A stretch of 64,000 bases of DNA from positions 79,217 to 143,216 of IMG/VR virus record IMGVR_UViG_3300045974_000760, one strand, 5' to 3'. The stretch comes from a virus. Of the stretch, positions 8,703 through 17,349 are shown piece by piece. The notes beneath the pieces were generated by a model. That model was not told the origin of the DNA, did no database searches, and worked only from the letters and a program-made list of their open reading frames with translations. Made by a program: the position numbers and the translations under genes. Position 1 is the first letter of the stretch. Each line of letters begins with the position of its first letter.

Positions 8703-9118
8703 TCAAAGGCGTCGAAGTGGGTGACCGTGTTCAGTTGATTGGCCGCCCCAAGCAAAGCGGGGAGGTGCGAGAGGTAAAGCCTGGAGCGGTGTTCGTGCGT
8801 CTCGGGGACTACCCCGAAGATGACCCGTGCTGGGTAGAGCTCGAGCACCTGGAAGTGATTGGTGTGGCCGAAGAAGTCCCAGAGTCATTCCGTGCTGCGC
8901 TCTACCTCATCGAAGATTTGAAGAAGGAGCGCGACCTGTGGCGCCTGCGGTGCGAGTGGCAGGAGGCGATCGTGGCGGCCATCGCTGCGGAGAGAAAGTG
9001 GCTCACGGCGAAGGAGCAACACTCGTACACGCCCTGCTTCGAGGAGTGCGTTGGGGTAGCCGAGAAGAGGAGAGACGCAGCCAAGGCGGCCTATGTGGCC
9101 GCGGGAGGTGTGGTGTGA
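8699..9118 (+). CDS. Hypothetical protein (N-terminal SH3/KOW-like, C-terminal helical)
   Basis: VEVGDRV...G.V..V pattern. Confidence 0.65.
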   Translation: MIKGVEVGDRVQLIGRPKQSGEVREVKPGAVFVRLGDYPEDDPCWVELEHLEVIGVAEEVPESFRAALYLIEDLKKERDLWRLRCEWQEAIVAAIAAERKWLTAKEQHSYTPCFEECVGVAEKRRDAAKAAYVAAGGVV

Positions 9119-9405
9119 TGGACCCGCGCGATAAGCCACAGCTGCGTAGCTTCGTGTGCTGGTACACGAACTTCAGCTACAACCGGTACATCATCAACAC
9201 GAGCAGTCCCGACCACAGCCAGGCAGCACTGCAGTTCGACACGGTTGCGCGCGGACTTGGCTGGCCTACTTGTTACGCGGTCTCAGTGCGTGAGCTGGAG
9301 CTGGATGACACGCTGGGACCACGGCATGAGTTCGACATCGCCGTCACTGTGAAGTGCCGGGAGATTGTAGAGAAGCCCCGAGGAAAGAAGAGGCAAGCGC
9401 AATGA
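9118..9405 (+). CDS. Hypothetical protein
   Basis: TGATG overlap. Confidence 0.6.
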   Translation: MDPRDKPQLRSFVCWYTNFSYNRYIINTSSPDHSQAALQFDTVARGLGWPTCYAVSVRELELDDTLGPRHEFDIAVTVKCREIVEKPRGKKRQAQ

Positions 9406-9412
9406 GTGACGC

Positions 9413-9823
9413 ATGGCCGGGGTGAAGAACCAGGACCTCGCCTCAGAGATAGAGTACCTCTACAACTGCTTCCGGAATGGGTGGATAGGCCCCAATGAGT
9501 TCGCGAAGCAGTTGACGGTAATACGTAGGAAGCAGGCCAAACACACCATCCCGTATCTCGGCCGCCTTCTACCTAAGAGGGACCTGCCCATCCTCGACAT
9601 CGACACCATCATCGAGGCGCGGCACCTCCAGGCATTCACACCCGAGACCTACAAGAGGCGGGTGATGCGTAAGAGGCTGGCAGTACATGCGGGCTTGACC
9701 AACAACAACTCCAGCTACTTCTTCCGTACCCAGTGGGAGGTCTGGGACATACGAATGAGGTGCTGGCACAGAGACGTGAACAAGGAACTGCGAGAGCAGT
9801 ACTTCCCCGACGAGGTGTGTTGA
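9413..9823 (+). CDS. Hypothetical protein with LGxL...DIDxII motif
   Basis: YLGRLLPKRDLPILDIDTIIEAR. Confidence 0.65.
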   Translation: MAGVKNQDLASEIEYLYNCFRNGWIGPNEFAKQLTVIRRKQAKHTIPYLGRLLPKRDLPILDIDTIIEARHLQAFTPETYKRRVMRKRLAVHAGLTNNNSSYFFRTQWEVWDIRMRCWHRDVNKELREQYFPDEVC

Positions 9824-10368
9824 TGACGATGCCCCATCCAGTCGTTCAGGTCATGGAACACCAGCGGACCTCACCGCTCTATTCAGCGCATCTGCAGGAT
9901 GCGCTGCAAGTGATGGAAGACACCATCTCCCCCGAGCAAGAGACCCGCGCTTTCGTTCAGGCGGCGCAGGTGCTGATTAGCTTGGTGGCCGGGCAGTACA
10001 TAGGCCATCACATGGGCGGCCCTGCTTTCTTCGAATCTGTCACCTCGAGCCTCAACTACCACATACAGCAGACCATCGTGCCTTGTGCACGGTGGTGGCG
10101 CGGCTTCGGACACTACGCCCGCTTTGAGACCAAGGATGTAAGCGCGTCGGGAGACGTGCTGCGGATTGACTTGGGCGCGTTCGTAGGACGACTTGAGCGG
10201 GTGACGGGCTTCGCACTACGAGAGGCGATACCCGTCAACCGCCCCATGAAGCGACGACGCCCTCTCAACCTCGGGCGGTTGCTGCCCAACCCCAGAGGCA
10301 TCCTCGACATCGATGAGATTATCGAGAGCCGCAGGCCCTCCGCGATACCCAGCCGAATCCGGGGATAA
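9823..10368 (+). CDS. Hypothetical protein with LGxL...DIDxII motif
   Basis: NLGRLLPNPRGILDIDEIIESR; TGATG overlap. Confidence 0.65.
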   Translation: MTMPHPVVQVMEHQRTSPLYSAHLQDALQVMEDTISPEQETRAFVQAAQVLISLVAGQYIGHHMGGPAFFESVTSSLNYHIQQTIVPCARWWRGFGHYARFETKDVSASGDVLRIDLGAFVGRLERVTGFALREAIPVNRPMKRRRPLNLGRLLPNPRGILDIDEIIESRRPSAIPSRIRG

Positions 10369-10412
10369 GGAAGGTGAACGCAGCAAGTAGCTGAACTGAC
10401 CAAGGAAGAACA

Positions 10413-10688
10413 ATGCCTATCTCACCCGATGCAGCACGAACCATTACTGACCCCGCGTTGTTGACCCGCTTGTCCGAGTTCATGCAAGTCGTCGACATCG
10501 CTCTGATTCAACGCGCGGGAGCTCCAAGTCATGTCTTTTCCCCGCCCGCTGACTTGTTCGCCCACCCCAAGGCGCGGGAGTTCTTCAGGTCAGCCTACTG
10601 GGGGGCTGGCTGGCACGTGTACTTCAGGCTCGAGTACGACCGTGTCCCCGAGCTCACCCTGATACCCAAAGAGGCCAAGGCGTCATGA
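10413..10688 (+). CDS. Hypothetical protein
   Basis: AAGGA RBS after GGGGATAAG motif. Confidence 0.65.
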   Translation: MPISPDAARTITDPALLTRLSEFMQVVDIALIQRAGAPSHVFSPPADLFAHPKAREFFRSAYWGAGWHVYFRLEYDRVPELTLIPKEAKAS

Positions 10689-11041
10689 TTACACCCGAGG
10701 AGCTGATGAGCGTCATCGTGCGGTTGTTCGGTGCGGCTGCCGTGATGCTCCTCCTGGTGGCATCTGCGGGCCTGCTACGCATCTGCTCCCTCCAGGAGAA
10801 GCTCAAGATGGTCGGGGAGAAGGAGCGGAGGGTGACGGCGGCCGAGCACACCTCTCTCGATTGGTCCCGTCGCATGGGCCTCGGTATGCCCGTAGGCCAG
10901 CAATGCAGCGTCGTGGATGACGCAGGGCGGGTCTTCTGTACCCTCGCCCATCGAACCCCCGACACGTCTCTCGCAACGACGTATCTCTGGTGCACCGCTG
11001 AAAGGTGCACCACAACAGACACAATGCCTGTACCGGAGTTA
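10685..11041 (+). CDS. Membrane-anchored Cys-rich protein (ends at TTA)
   Basis: N-terminal TM; in-frame TTA 11039-11041 lies 4 nt before the next ATG. Confidence 0.6.
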
Positions 11042-11045
11042 CAAC

Positions 11046-11279
11046 ATGGACATCTCATACAGCACGCAGTTGTGGGAGCTACCGGTTGTGGAGCGCAACT
11101 GGTGGAAGCAATACGTGAAGGGCAAGGACGGGATGAGCGTCGACTTCCCGAAAGACCGCGGTCTGATGACCGTCATCACCGCGAGCTCACAGGAGCAGCT
11201 CGACGCTGCGCTCAAAGAGTTCGACGAGAAGTATCCCTCGATGTACTCCGGGATGAACCGGGCAGTAGGTGGGCCATGA
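11046..11279 (+). CDS. Hypothetical protein
   Basis: GGAG RBS; good codon bias; ATGA overlap with next. Confidence 0.65.
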   Translation: MDISYSTQLWELPVVERNWWKQYVKGKDGMSVDFPKDRGLMTVITASSQEQLDAALKEFDEKYPSMYSGMNRAVGGP

Positions 11280-11686
11280 CGAACCAGAACGACTACAAGC
11301 TGCGTTGGCGCAATACCCCCGAGGGCTACGTCCTCTTCCTGCGGTCCCATGAGGAGGGTAAGCCAGATGAGATAGTGGCACAGGCGTGTTTGGCACCCGC
11401 GCTTCAGACCGCCATCGTGCTGGTGGTGTTGCGCTCGCCACAGGGTAAGCCGCTGACCGTCGAGCCGGTGGTGTCGATAACGAGCGGGGCGCTCTCGCTG
11501 GAGGAGACGCTCGAGCTCGCTGTGTGGTGCTTCGAAGAGTCGGGCCTGGAGACAAGGCAGCTCCAGCCCAACAGCATCGATTGGTTCGCCTTCCCGTCGG
11601 GAGCGAAAGAGCGGGCCCAGGCGAACAGGAAGAAGCAGCTCGATCAAGAGGCTGCAGATGCTGCTTGCAAGAAAGAGCCGAACTGA
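11276..11686 (+). CDS. Hypothetical protein
   Basis: AGGTGG RBS; ATGA overlap. Confidence 0.65.
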   Translation: MTNQNDYKLRWRNTPEGYVLFLRSHEEGKPDEIVAQACLAPALQTAIVLVVLRSPQGKPLTVEPVVSITSGALSLEETLELAVWCFEESGLETRQLQPNSIDWFAFPSGAKERAQANRKKQLDQEAADAACKKEPN

Positions 11687-11804
11687 CACAGACTAGGAGG
11701 AGTCGGGAGGTACGCGGTACACAACCACTACTGGTTTGAACGACCTTTCAGTGATGCCGGGAAGCTCAATGAAAGTGTTCGCCGCGTAGCTCTTGGCCCC
11801 TCCG

Positions 11805-11875
11805 GGGAGGTTGGGGCGGTTCCCCTAGCGGGCCTTATAAGCCGTGATCCACGGGTTCAACTCCCGTACCTCCTA
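11805..11875 (+). tRNA. tRNA-Ile(TAT)-like, imperfect; possibly part of a larger RNA starting at 11705
   Basis: GGGAGGT/ACCTCCT acceptor, CTTATAA loop, ACGGG-TTCAACT-CCCGT T arm. Confidence 0.5.
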
Positions 11876-11905
11876 CAACAACCACAACACAGAAAGGAGC
11901 AGCCC

Positions 11906-12349
11906 ATGGCTGTTCGACGTATCCGTGTACCTGCGCGCGAGCTCTCACCCGAGCTGCTCGATGCGGTTCGCGCTATTGCAGCAACCAATGATGTACCTGC
12001 AGAGGACGTTGAGGTTGACATCGTCAGTCCAGCGGATGCGCCACTACGCGACCGCGTACTAGCTCTGCTGGGAACGCCGCGTGAGGGCCCGGTGTTTGAG
12101 CAGCAGTACCAAGGCATGTTCATCGAGGCTGATAGAGTGCCTGAGCACCCTGAGCTAACGCCACAGCAACAGGCGATACTGAGGCGGCAGCGAGAAGCGA
12201 TGTTCGGGAGGAGATACGGGCGTAGCGGCAGAGACTTCAGTGTTTCGTCCCCGCCGCTCACAGAGGAAGAAGGGCGCGCCCTGAGCAATACACTCGTGGA
12301 CTCCTTGCGTACACCGCCAGTGCTGCGCAGACCGCATCTTCATGTCTGA
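11906..12349 (+). CDS. Hypothetical protein
   Basis: AAGGAG RBS. Confidence 0.7.
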   Translation: MAVRRIRVPARELSPELLDAVRAIAATNDVPAEDVEVDIVSPADAPLRDRVLALLGTPREGPVFEQQYQGMFIEADRVPEHPELTPQQQAILRRQREAMFGRRYGRSGRDFSVSSPPLTEEEGRALSNTLVDSLRTPPVLRRPHLHV

Positions 12350-12749
12350 GCAAGACTGGGCAGACATCCAGCAGTGGAGCGGTGAGTCGCCGGATATGGC
12401 AGATGCCGTGGCCATGGCCGTAGCAAACACCGTCAAGCCGCGGGTGAAGCGCCCGAAGTACCTCGGTGAACTCATGAAGAAGGGCGGGCTCGATATCGAC
12501 GCCATCATCAATAGCCGGGTCGGTGACTACTACTCCCTGGACAAGCCCCGTGACCCAGGCTTCGCCAACTACCTCAAGGACACGTACAGGTGGAGTAAAC
12601 ACGAAGCTCGCCGCCAATGGCGCGCCCTACTCGATCGCGATATCGACCCCGCGGTAATACTCAACACAAGGAGGGCAACGTGGCGAAAGATGACGCAGAA
12701 CAAGCAAACGAAGGTCGCGACCTCGGAGCAGAACCTAGTAGAACCGTTA
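12342..12749 (+). CDS. Hypothetical protein with LGELM...DID motif (TTA at 12747; TAG at 12783 in standard code)
   Basis: YLGELMKKGGLDIDAIINSR. Confidence 0.6.
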
Positions 12750-13426
12750 TCCAGACACACTCTGTGCAGCACGTCTTCGCTGTAGGGGAGGAGAGGGCAG
12801 TCGGCGCGATGGTGGATGGGCGCTATCACGAATACAACCACGGCGAGACCGTACCCGGACCGAATGTCATCGAGGTGGTCGCGCAGCTCGAGACTCCGCT
12901 GGAGTACATTCGTATGCAGCTGCAGATCCCCGATGAAGTAGTTGTCGAGGCTGCCGCCGCGGGGGCGTTGCGCACTCTCACTGACGGGGTGGAGGCGATG
13001 TACCTGCTCGACCGGCGAATCATGCGGATGCCACTGCTTCCATTCGGCCCGCTTCATCAGTCGAGGGTGCCGCTGCCCATGCCTCCGCTCCCAACAAGCA
13101 GCGCGGTCTTCCCGCCCTACCGCAACAGCCTGCCCGTACCCCGCCCAGCATGTCTCGGGGAGTTGATGAAGAAGGACGGGAAGAACATCGACGCGATAGT
13201 AGAAGCGCGGGCGCCCGTACGGTACCCGCGGCACAGGAACCTCAATCAGCTCAACCCAGTGCATCGTGGTGTCCGCGAACAGTTCAAGGAGTACCTCATT
13301 ACGAGAGGCATTACCGCCAAGAACTCCAGGCAAGCCTGGGCTACGTCGTCGGAGGAAGGGCAGAGCCCAAGGTTCGTGCTGGAGTACAGCTTCCAGTACT
13401 TCATGCATCGACTGAGGGCGACGTAG
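12680..13426 (+). CDS. Hypothetical protein with LGELM...NID motif (start 12680 or 12809)
   Basis: CLGELMKKDGKNIDAIVEAR. Confidence 0.6.
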   Translation: MAKDDAEQANEGRDLGAEPSRTVIQTHSVQHVFAVGEERAVGAMVDGRYHEYNHGETVPGPNVIEVVAQLETPLEYIRMQLQIPDEVVVEAAAAGALRTLTDGVEAMYLLDRRIMRMPLLPFGPLHQSRVPLPMPPLPTSSAVFPPYRNSLPVPRPACLGELMKKDGKNIDAIVEARAPVRYPRHRNLNQLNPVHRGVREQFKEYLITRGITAKNSRQAWATSSEEGQSPRFVLEYSFQYFMHRLRAT

Positions 13427-13464
13427 GACCGCAGGAGCGTTGTACTTCCCGCGGTTTTCTTAGC
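13427..13464 (+). terminator. Intrinsic terminator
   Basis: ACCGC...GCGGT stem plus TTTTCTTAGC. Confidence 0.55.
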
Positions 13465-13594
13465 TACAACACCGCCAATACAAAAGGTACTTGCGCTTCT
13501 GAAAACGCGCTGTATTACTTCCCTCGTCCCGAAGTACAACCTAACCGGTGACGAGGGACCCCCTCTTAGCAGTCAGTAACGCTCTGTGAAAATG

Positions 13595-13687
13595 TAAGCC
13601 GGTCGGAGTTCGATAGGACATGGCTGTCCAGGCGGTCTGTAACACCGCGGCCCTACGGGGCGAGTGGTTCGATTCCACCGGGCTTCA
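13595..13687 (+). tRNA. tRNA-Tyr(GTA)-like with atypical 5' half
   Basis: GCGGT-CTGTAAC-ACCGC anticodon arm, long variable arm, GGTTCGATTCC T loop; D region enlarged. Confidence 0.55.
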
Positions 13688-13811
13688 CTGGAAGAGCTGG
13701 CCGCCCCTCGGGGAGGAGGGGCTCTTCCTACTTTTTGTTCGGGTCGTTGGTTGTGGGTTACCCCATCGAAAAAGTCCCCCACGTCCATTCATTTATCCGA
13801 ACTTGTAGTAC

Positions 13812-13897
13812 GCCTCGTGTAGCTCAGTTGGTAGAGCGCGGGATGACATCCGAAAGGGGTCTGCCCGAGGTCGATGGTTCAAGCCCATCCACAGGCA
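13812..13897 (+). ncRNA. tRNA-like RNA, anticodon loop replaced by a GAAA-capped hairpin
   Basis: Canonical TAGCTCAGTTGGTAGAGC D arm and T arm; 21 nt between CGGG and CCCG. Confidence 0.6.
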
Positions 13898-13990
13898 CAC
13901 GGGCTGAATAAGCTCGGGCGCAAGCCCCTCTACTCTTGGTGACACAAGAGATAGACTGAGTTCCGGCTCAGAGGTAAACCGGAGAAGTAC

Positions 13991-14067
13991 GGGTAGGGAA
14001 GAGAAATGGTTCTCACTGGCCGCGTAGTTCGTCCACGCCCCGTCGGTTCGATTCCGACCTCTACCCC
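13991..14067 (+). ncRNA. tRNA-like RNA with no canonical anticodon arm
   Basis: GGGTAGGG/CTCTACCC stem, GAGAA/TTCTC arm, GTCGG-TTCGATT-CCGAC T arm. Confidence 0.5.
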
Positions 14068-14202
14068 CGCCGGTCCCCGATGACGAGTCGACTTACTCTA
14101 CGTAAGATGTTGGCCGTCTCTGTTCGCCTCTCGTAAACGCTAGCCTCTTCACGAGCGACAGATAGAGAATAATCGGGAGTACTGGCAGCTACTTGTTGTA
14201 TT

Positions 14203-14275
14203 GAGGCGTTAGCTCAGGTGGAAGAGCGGTGAGCTGTTAACTCACTTGTCGTTGGTTCAACTCCAACACGCTTCG
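14203..14275 (+). tRNA. tRNA-Asn(GTT)
   Basis: Full cloverleaf; GTGAG-CTGTTAA-CTCAC. Confidence 0.92.
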
Positions 14276-14277
14276 CA

Positions 14278-14387
14278 TGCTGGTTGTACCGAGACAAGCT
14301 TAAGCCCGTGACGCTTAGGCGCTTGCACTCCCCGATGATGTTCTAGACTACTTCAAAGGGGCGGGTGAGCTAGACGTATAGCCGGCA
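14278..14387 (+). ncRNA. Long rod-like structured RNA
   Basis: 12-bp terminal stem with G-U pairs, inner stems, followed by a U tract. Confidence 0.45.
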
Positions 14388-14399
14388 AGTTCTTTTTTT

Positions 14400-14471
14400 A
14401 CCAGCATAGCTCAGCGGTAGAGCTTCGCCTTTACACGGCGGATGTCGGGGGTTCGAATCCCTCTGCCGGTA
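14400..14471 (+). tRNA. tRNA-Val(TAC)
   Basis: Cloverleaf; TCGCC-TTTACAC-GGCGG. Confidence 0.9.
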
Positions 14472-14475
14472 CAAT

Positions 14476-14550
14476 GCGCGAGCGGCGAAACTGGCAAACG
14501 CACATGCCTTAGGAGCATGAACTCTAGGGGTTCGAGCCCCCTCTTGCGCA
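14476..14550 (+). tRNA. tRNA-Leu(TAG), short variable region
   Basis: CATGC-CTTAGGA-GCATG; GCGCGAG/CTTGCGC acceptor. Confidence 0.85.
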
Positions 14551-14563
14551 TAGTTGTTTTCAC

Positions 14564-14636
14564 GCTGACGTAGCTCAGTCGGTAGAGCTCCTGTTTTGTA
14601 ATCAGGGGGTCGGGGGTTCAAATCCCTTCGTCAGCT
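14564..14636 (+). tRNA. tRNA-Thr(TGT)
   Basis: Cloverleaf; TTTGTAA loop. Confidence 0.9.
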
Positions 14637-14717
14637 CTTCGCCGCGATAACCCAGCTAGAGGAACCACTAGCGTCTCAGTCTCGGTTGTTTTCGGCGGCC
14701 AACCGTAGAGGAAGAAC

Positions 14718-14978
14718 ATGGACTGGCTCAACAACCCGGAAGCCTTCGATCGGTTCCACAAAGATGGTGTTGACGACTTTCCAGGCGCAGTAGCCGGAGC
14801 TGGAATCAATAGGAGGAAGAACATGTTCAACTCAATAGTTGAAGAGGAGGATGCCCGTTTTCTCTGCGATATAGATATCGCCATACTTCGTGAGAGAGGG
14901 CTCAGTCAGGAAGAGCTAGAAGTAATGGTGAAGTTGAACCGGCTTACGTTTGAGTGGCAGTGCCGTTCACAAGACTGA
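14718..14978 (+). CDS. Hypothetical protein
   Basis: GAGGA RBS. Confidence 0.6.
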   Translation: MDWLNNPEAFDRFHKDGVDDFPGAVAGAGINRRKNMFNSIVEEEDARFLCDIDIAILRERGLSQEELEVMVKLNRLTFEWQCRSQD

Positions 14979-14985
14979 AGTACAT

Positions 14986-15113
14986 GCGCGGTCCTCGGTA
15001 GGTAGCTAAAACCCGTCTACAAACTTTTATCTCTCTCGCAAGAGAGGGGTCGGACGTGGATGGTTATCTTCTCTCGACCAGAAGCGACGGAGGTTCAACT
15101 CCTTCACCGCGCA
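14986..15113 (+). ncRNA. About 130-nt RNA with tRNA-like acceptor stem and T arm
   Basis: GCGCGGT/ACCGCGC-A ends; GGAGG-TTCAACT-CCTTC; internal CTCTC-GCAA-GAGAG hairpin. Confidence 0.55.
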
Positions 15114-15146
15114 CCCAAAGCCTGCCAGTACACGTTGATTGCCCTT

Positions 15147-15182
15147 TGGCCTCGTGTACTGAGCGGGCTTTTTCTTTAGCCC
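15147..15182 (+). terminator. Probable terminator
   Basis: Imperfect stem plus TTTTTCTTTAGC. Confidence 0.45.
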
Positions 15183-15216
15183 CAGGTCTGCGGCGGGTGT
15201 TGCTATACTCTTCGGC

Positions 15217-16440
15217 ATGTCGGGTTCCCACTACGGTCAGCCAGTACAACTCATCGACGGTCAGCTCGACGCCTTCGCTCGTGTTCGTGTAGCCGAGCCC
15301 ACCTACGTCTTCGACGCGCAGTTCACCTACGACATCCACCCGCTGTTGTACGAGCCCCTGGTCGCAGGCACCGGCGCCACAGTCACGCACGACTCGACGA
15401 ACCGCTGTGCACTGATGACGTTCGCAGCAACGCCTACCGGCGGTTCTGCCATCCTTCAGACCTTCGAACACTTCCGGTATCAGCCCGGTCGTTCTCAGCT
15501 CGCCCTTATCACCTTCAACTTCAGGGGCGGTGCAGCTAACTGTTTGAAGTTCGCTCTGTACGGCGATGCTAACAACGCCATCGGTTTCGAGCTCAACGAC
15601 TTCGTACCTCGCGTCGTCATCCGCTCCGGTACATCCGCAGGCAGCCAGTTCGTCGACCAGAAGGACTGGAACGTCGACAAGCTAGACGGCAAGGGCCTGT
15701 CGAAAGTTCTTCTCGACCCCACCACTACACAGATTCTCGTCGTCGACTTCCAGGCTCTCTACGTCGGCCGCGTTCGCATCGGCTTCGACATCAACGGACG
15801 CATCTACTGGGCGCACGAGTTCTGGAACGCCAACGCCCAAGCGTTCCCCTACATCCAGTCGGCGAACCTTCCTATCCGCGTTGGGATGACCTGCACCGGC
15901 ACCGTCTCCACCACCATGATCTTCTGCTGCACCTCCGTGAGTGCAGGCGGCGGTGAGGCGGATGTCGGTGGATACAACTTCGCCGTCGAAGGTACTGGCA
16001 CCGCAGGCAGCTCGATCGACGCGCACATCCTCTCCCTCCGCCCGAAGACGACGTTCAATGCCATTACCAATCGAGTGAAGTTCATTCTCGATAGCGTAGA
16101 TGTCACCGTCACCGGCACACCACCAGTGCTGTGGTCTCTCTGTCTCGGGCAAGCCATCACGGCGGGCATCTGGGCAAACGCGAATACGCTCTACTCCGCA
16201 TTCGAGAGCACAACGGCGGGCGTCATCAGCGGCACGCCTGCGATCGTGATTGCGAAGGGATACTGCGCCGCGACTGCGACGGTGAAGCAAGCCATCTCCA
16301 AGACCATCGCTGCGCGCTACCCCATCACGCTAGACGCGGCGGGAGCTGTGCGGGCGCTTGGTACGCTGTCTGTCAACGCGCTTGGCGTGGGCGGGGCAAG
16401 CGCTTGCCGCGTCATTCTCAACTGGCGTGAGCTCCGGTGA
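15217..16440 (+). CDS. Putative virion structural protein
   Basis: DAFARVRV and YQPGRSQL motifs typical of a widespread phage protein family; beta-rich. Confidence 0.7.
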   Translation: MSGSHYGQPVQLIDGQLDAFARVRVAEPTYVFDAQFTYDIHPLLYEPLVAGTGATVTHDSTNRCALMTFAATPTGGSAILQTFEHFRYQPGRSQLALITFNFRGGAANCLKFALYGDANNAIGFELNDFVPRVVIRSGTSAGSQFVDQKDWNVDKLDGKGLSKVLLDPTTTQILVVDFQALYVGRVRIGFDINGRIYWAHEFWNANAQAFPYIQSANLPIRVGMTCTGTVSTTMIFCCTSVSAGGGEADVGGYNFAVEGTGTAGSSIDAHILSLRPKTTFNAITNRVKFILDSVDVTVTGTPPVLWSLCLGQAITAGIWANANTLYSAFESTTAGVISGTPAIVIAKGYCAATATVKQAISKTIAARYPITLDAAGAVRALGTLSVNALGVGGASACRVILNWRELR

Positions 16441-16478
16441 GCTACCTGCTGTAAGCGCAATCTGGTACGCTGGGCGGC

Positions 16479-16919
16479 ATGTCAGCCACTCCATCGCTCA
16501 GCCAGTACCACATCGCGCAGCTGCTCAATGCGAGTGCGCGAGGCATCACCTTCACCCCCGCAGCGGCACTCTTCATGTCGCTGTACATCACAACGCCGGG
16601 ACCGCTCAACACCGGCACTGAGGTGCTCACAGGCATCGGCTACGCCCGCCACGTCATCACCTTCTCAGCCCCCACCTTCGGCCTCGTCACCAAGGGCACG
16701 CTGGTCAACGACAATGCCGAGTTCAACTTCGGCTCGTCGACGGCCAGCTGGAATGCGGGCGGTGCTGGCTCCGTCGGCTTCATGGGCCTCCATGATTCGC
16801 TTGCTATCGGTACTGGCAACCTACTGTGGTACGGCCCGCTTGATACGCCGGGCATCGTCAGTGCAGCGGGTCAAACCATCTCCATCGTTCCTGGCGCCAT
16901 CACACTGCTAATGGGGTGA
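16479..16919 (+). CDS. Tail/tail-fibre associated protein
   Basis: LYITTP...EV..GYAR..ITF...GNLLWYG pattern. Confidence 0.7.
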   Translation: MSATPSLSQYHIAQLLNASARGITFTPAAALFMSLYITTPGPLNTGTEVLTGIGYARHVITFSAPTFGLVTKGTLVNDNAEFNFGSSTASWNAGGAGSVGFMGLHDSLAIGTGNLLWYGPLDTPGIVSAAGQTISIVPGAITLLMG

Positions 16920-16923
16920 GAAC

Positions 16924-17349
16924 ATGTCTGCAGCAGGCGACGTAACCTACGTACCGATTGCCGGGTCAGCTGTACCCGACCAATACATTGACAACGAGCT
17001 CGCCACCAACGCTACAGCGCCCGGTGGTCTTGCAAAGCGACAGCGCACAGCCGACAACGACGCTCAACAACTCCTGAGCGACATCGCCACGCTGATGCGA
17101 ATGCTCGTCAGCAACACACCTGCTCGAGACGGTTCTCTCGACGCGGGCCGTGTGACGCTGGCGGGAACGACGAACAACATCGCGACTGTCACTACCGTCT
17201 CCAGCGTCTCCAGCGTCACAGGAGTGACTACCGTGACGACTGTGACGGGGCAGACGAACGCTGGCGGATTCAACATGCTGGCTGGTCAGATTGCTCTGGC
17301 GAACTCCCAGGCTGCGGCGCTTCGCAGCAAGATCTCGGTGACCCCGTTA
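16924..17349 (+). CDS. Thr/Val-repeat virion protein (ends at TTA)
   Basis: TVTTVSSVSSVTGVTTVTTV; TTA 17347-17349 shares its A with the next ATG. Confidence 0.65.

Noticed and set aside
10685-11686. 333-aa ORF as one protein
   Set aside because: The middle is out-of-frame sequence over the 11046-11279 gene; resolved by the TTA at 11039.
14074-14110. Hammerhead ribozyme
   Set aside because: CCGATGACGAG resembles but does not match the CUGAUGA core, and no correctly placed GAAA was found.
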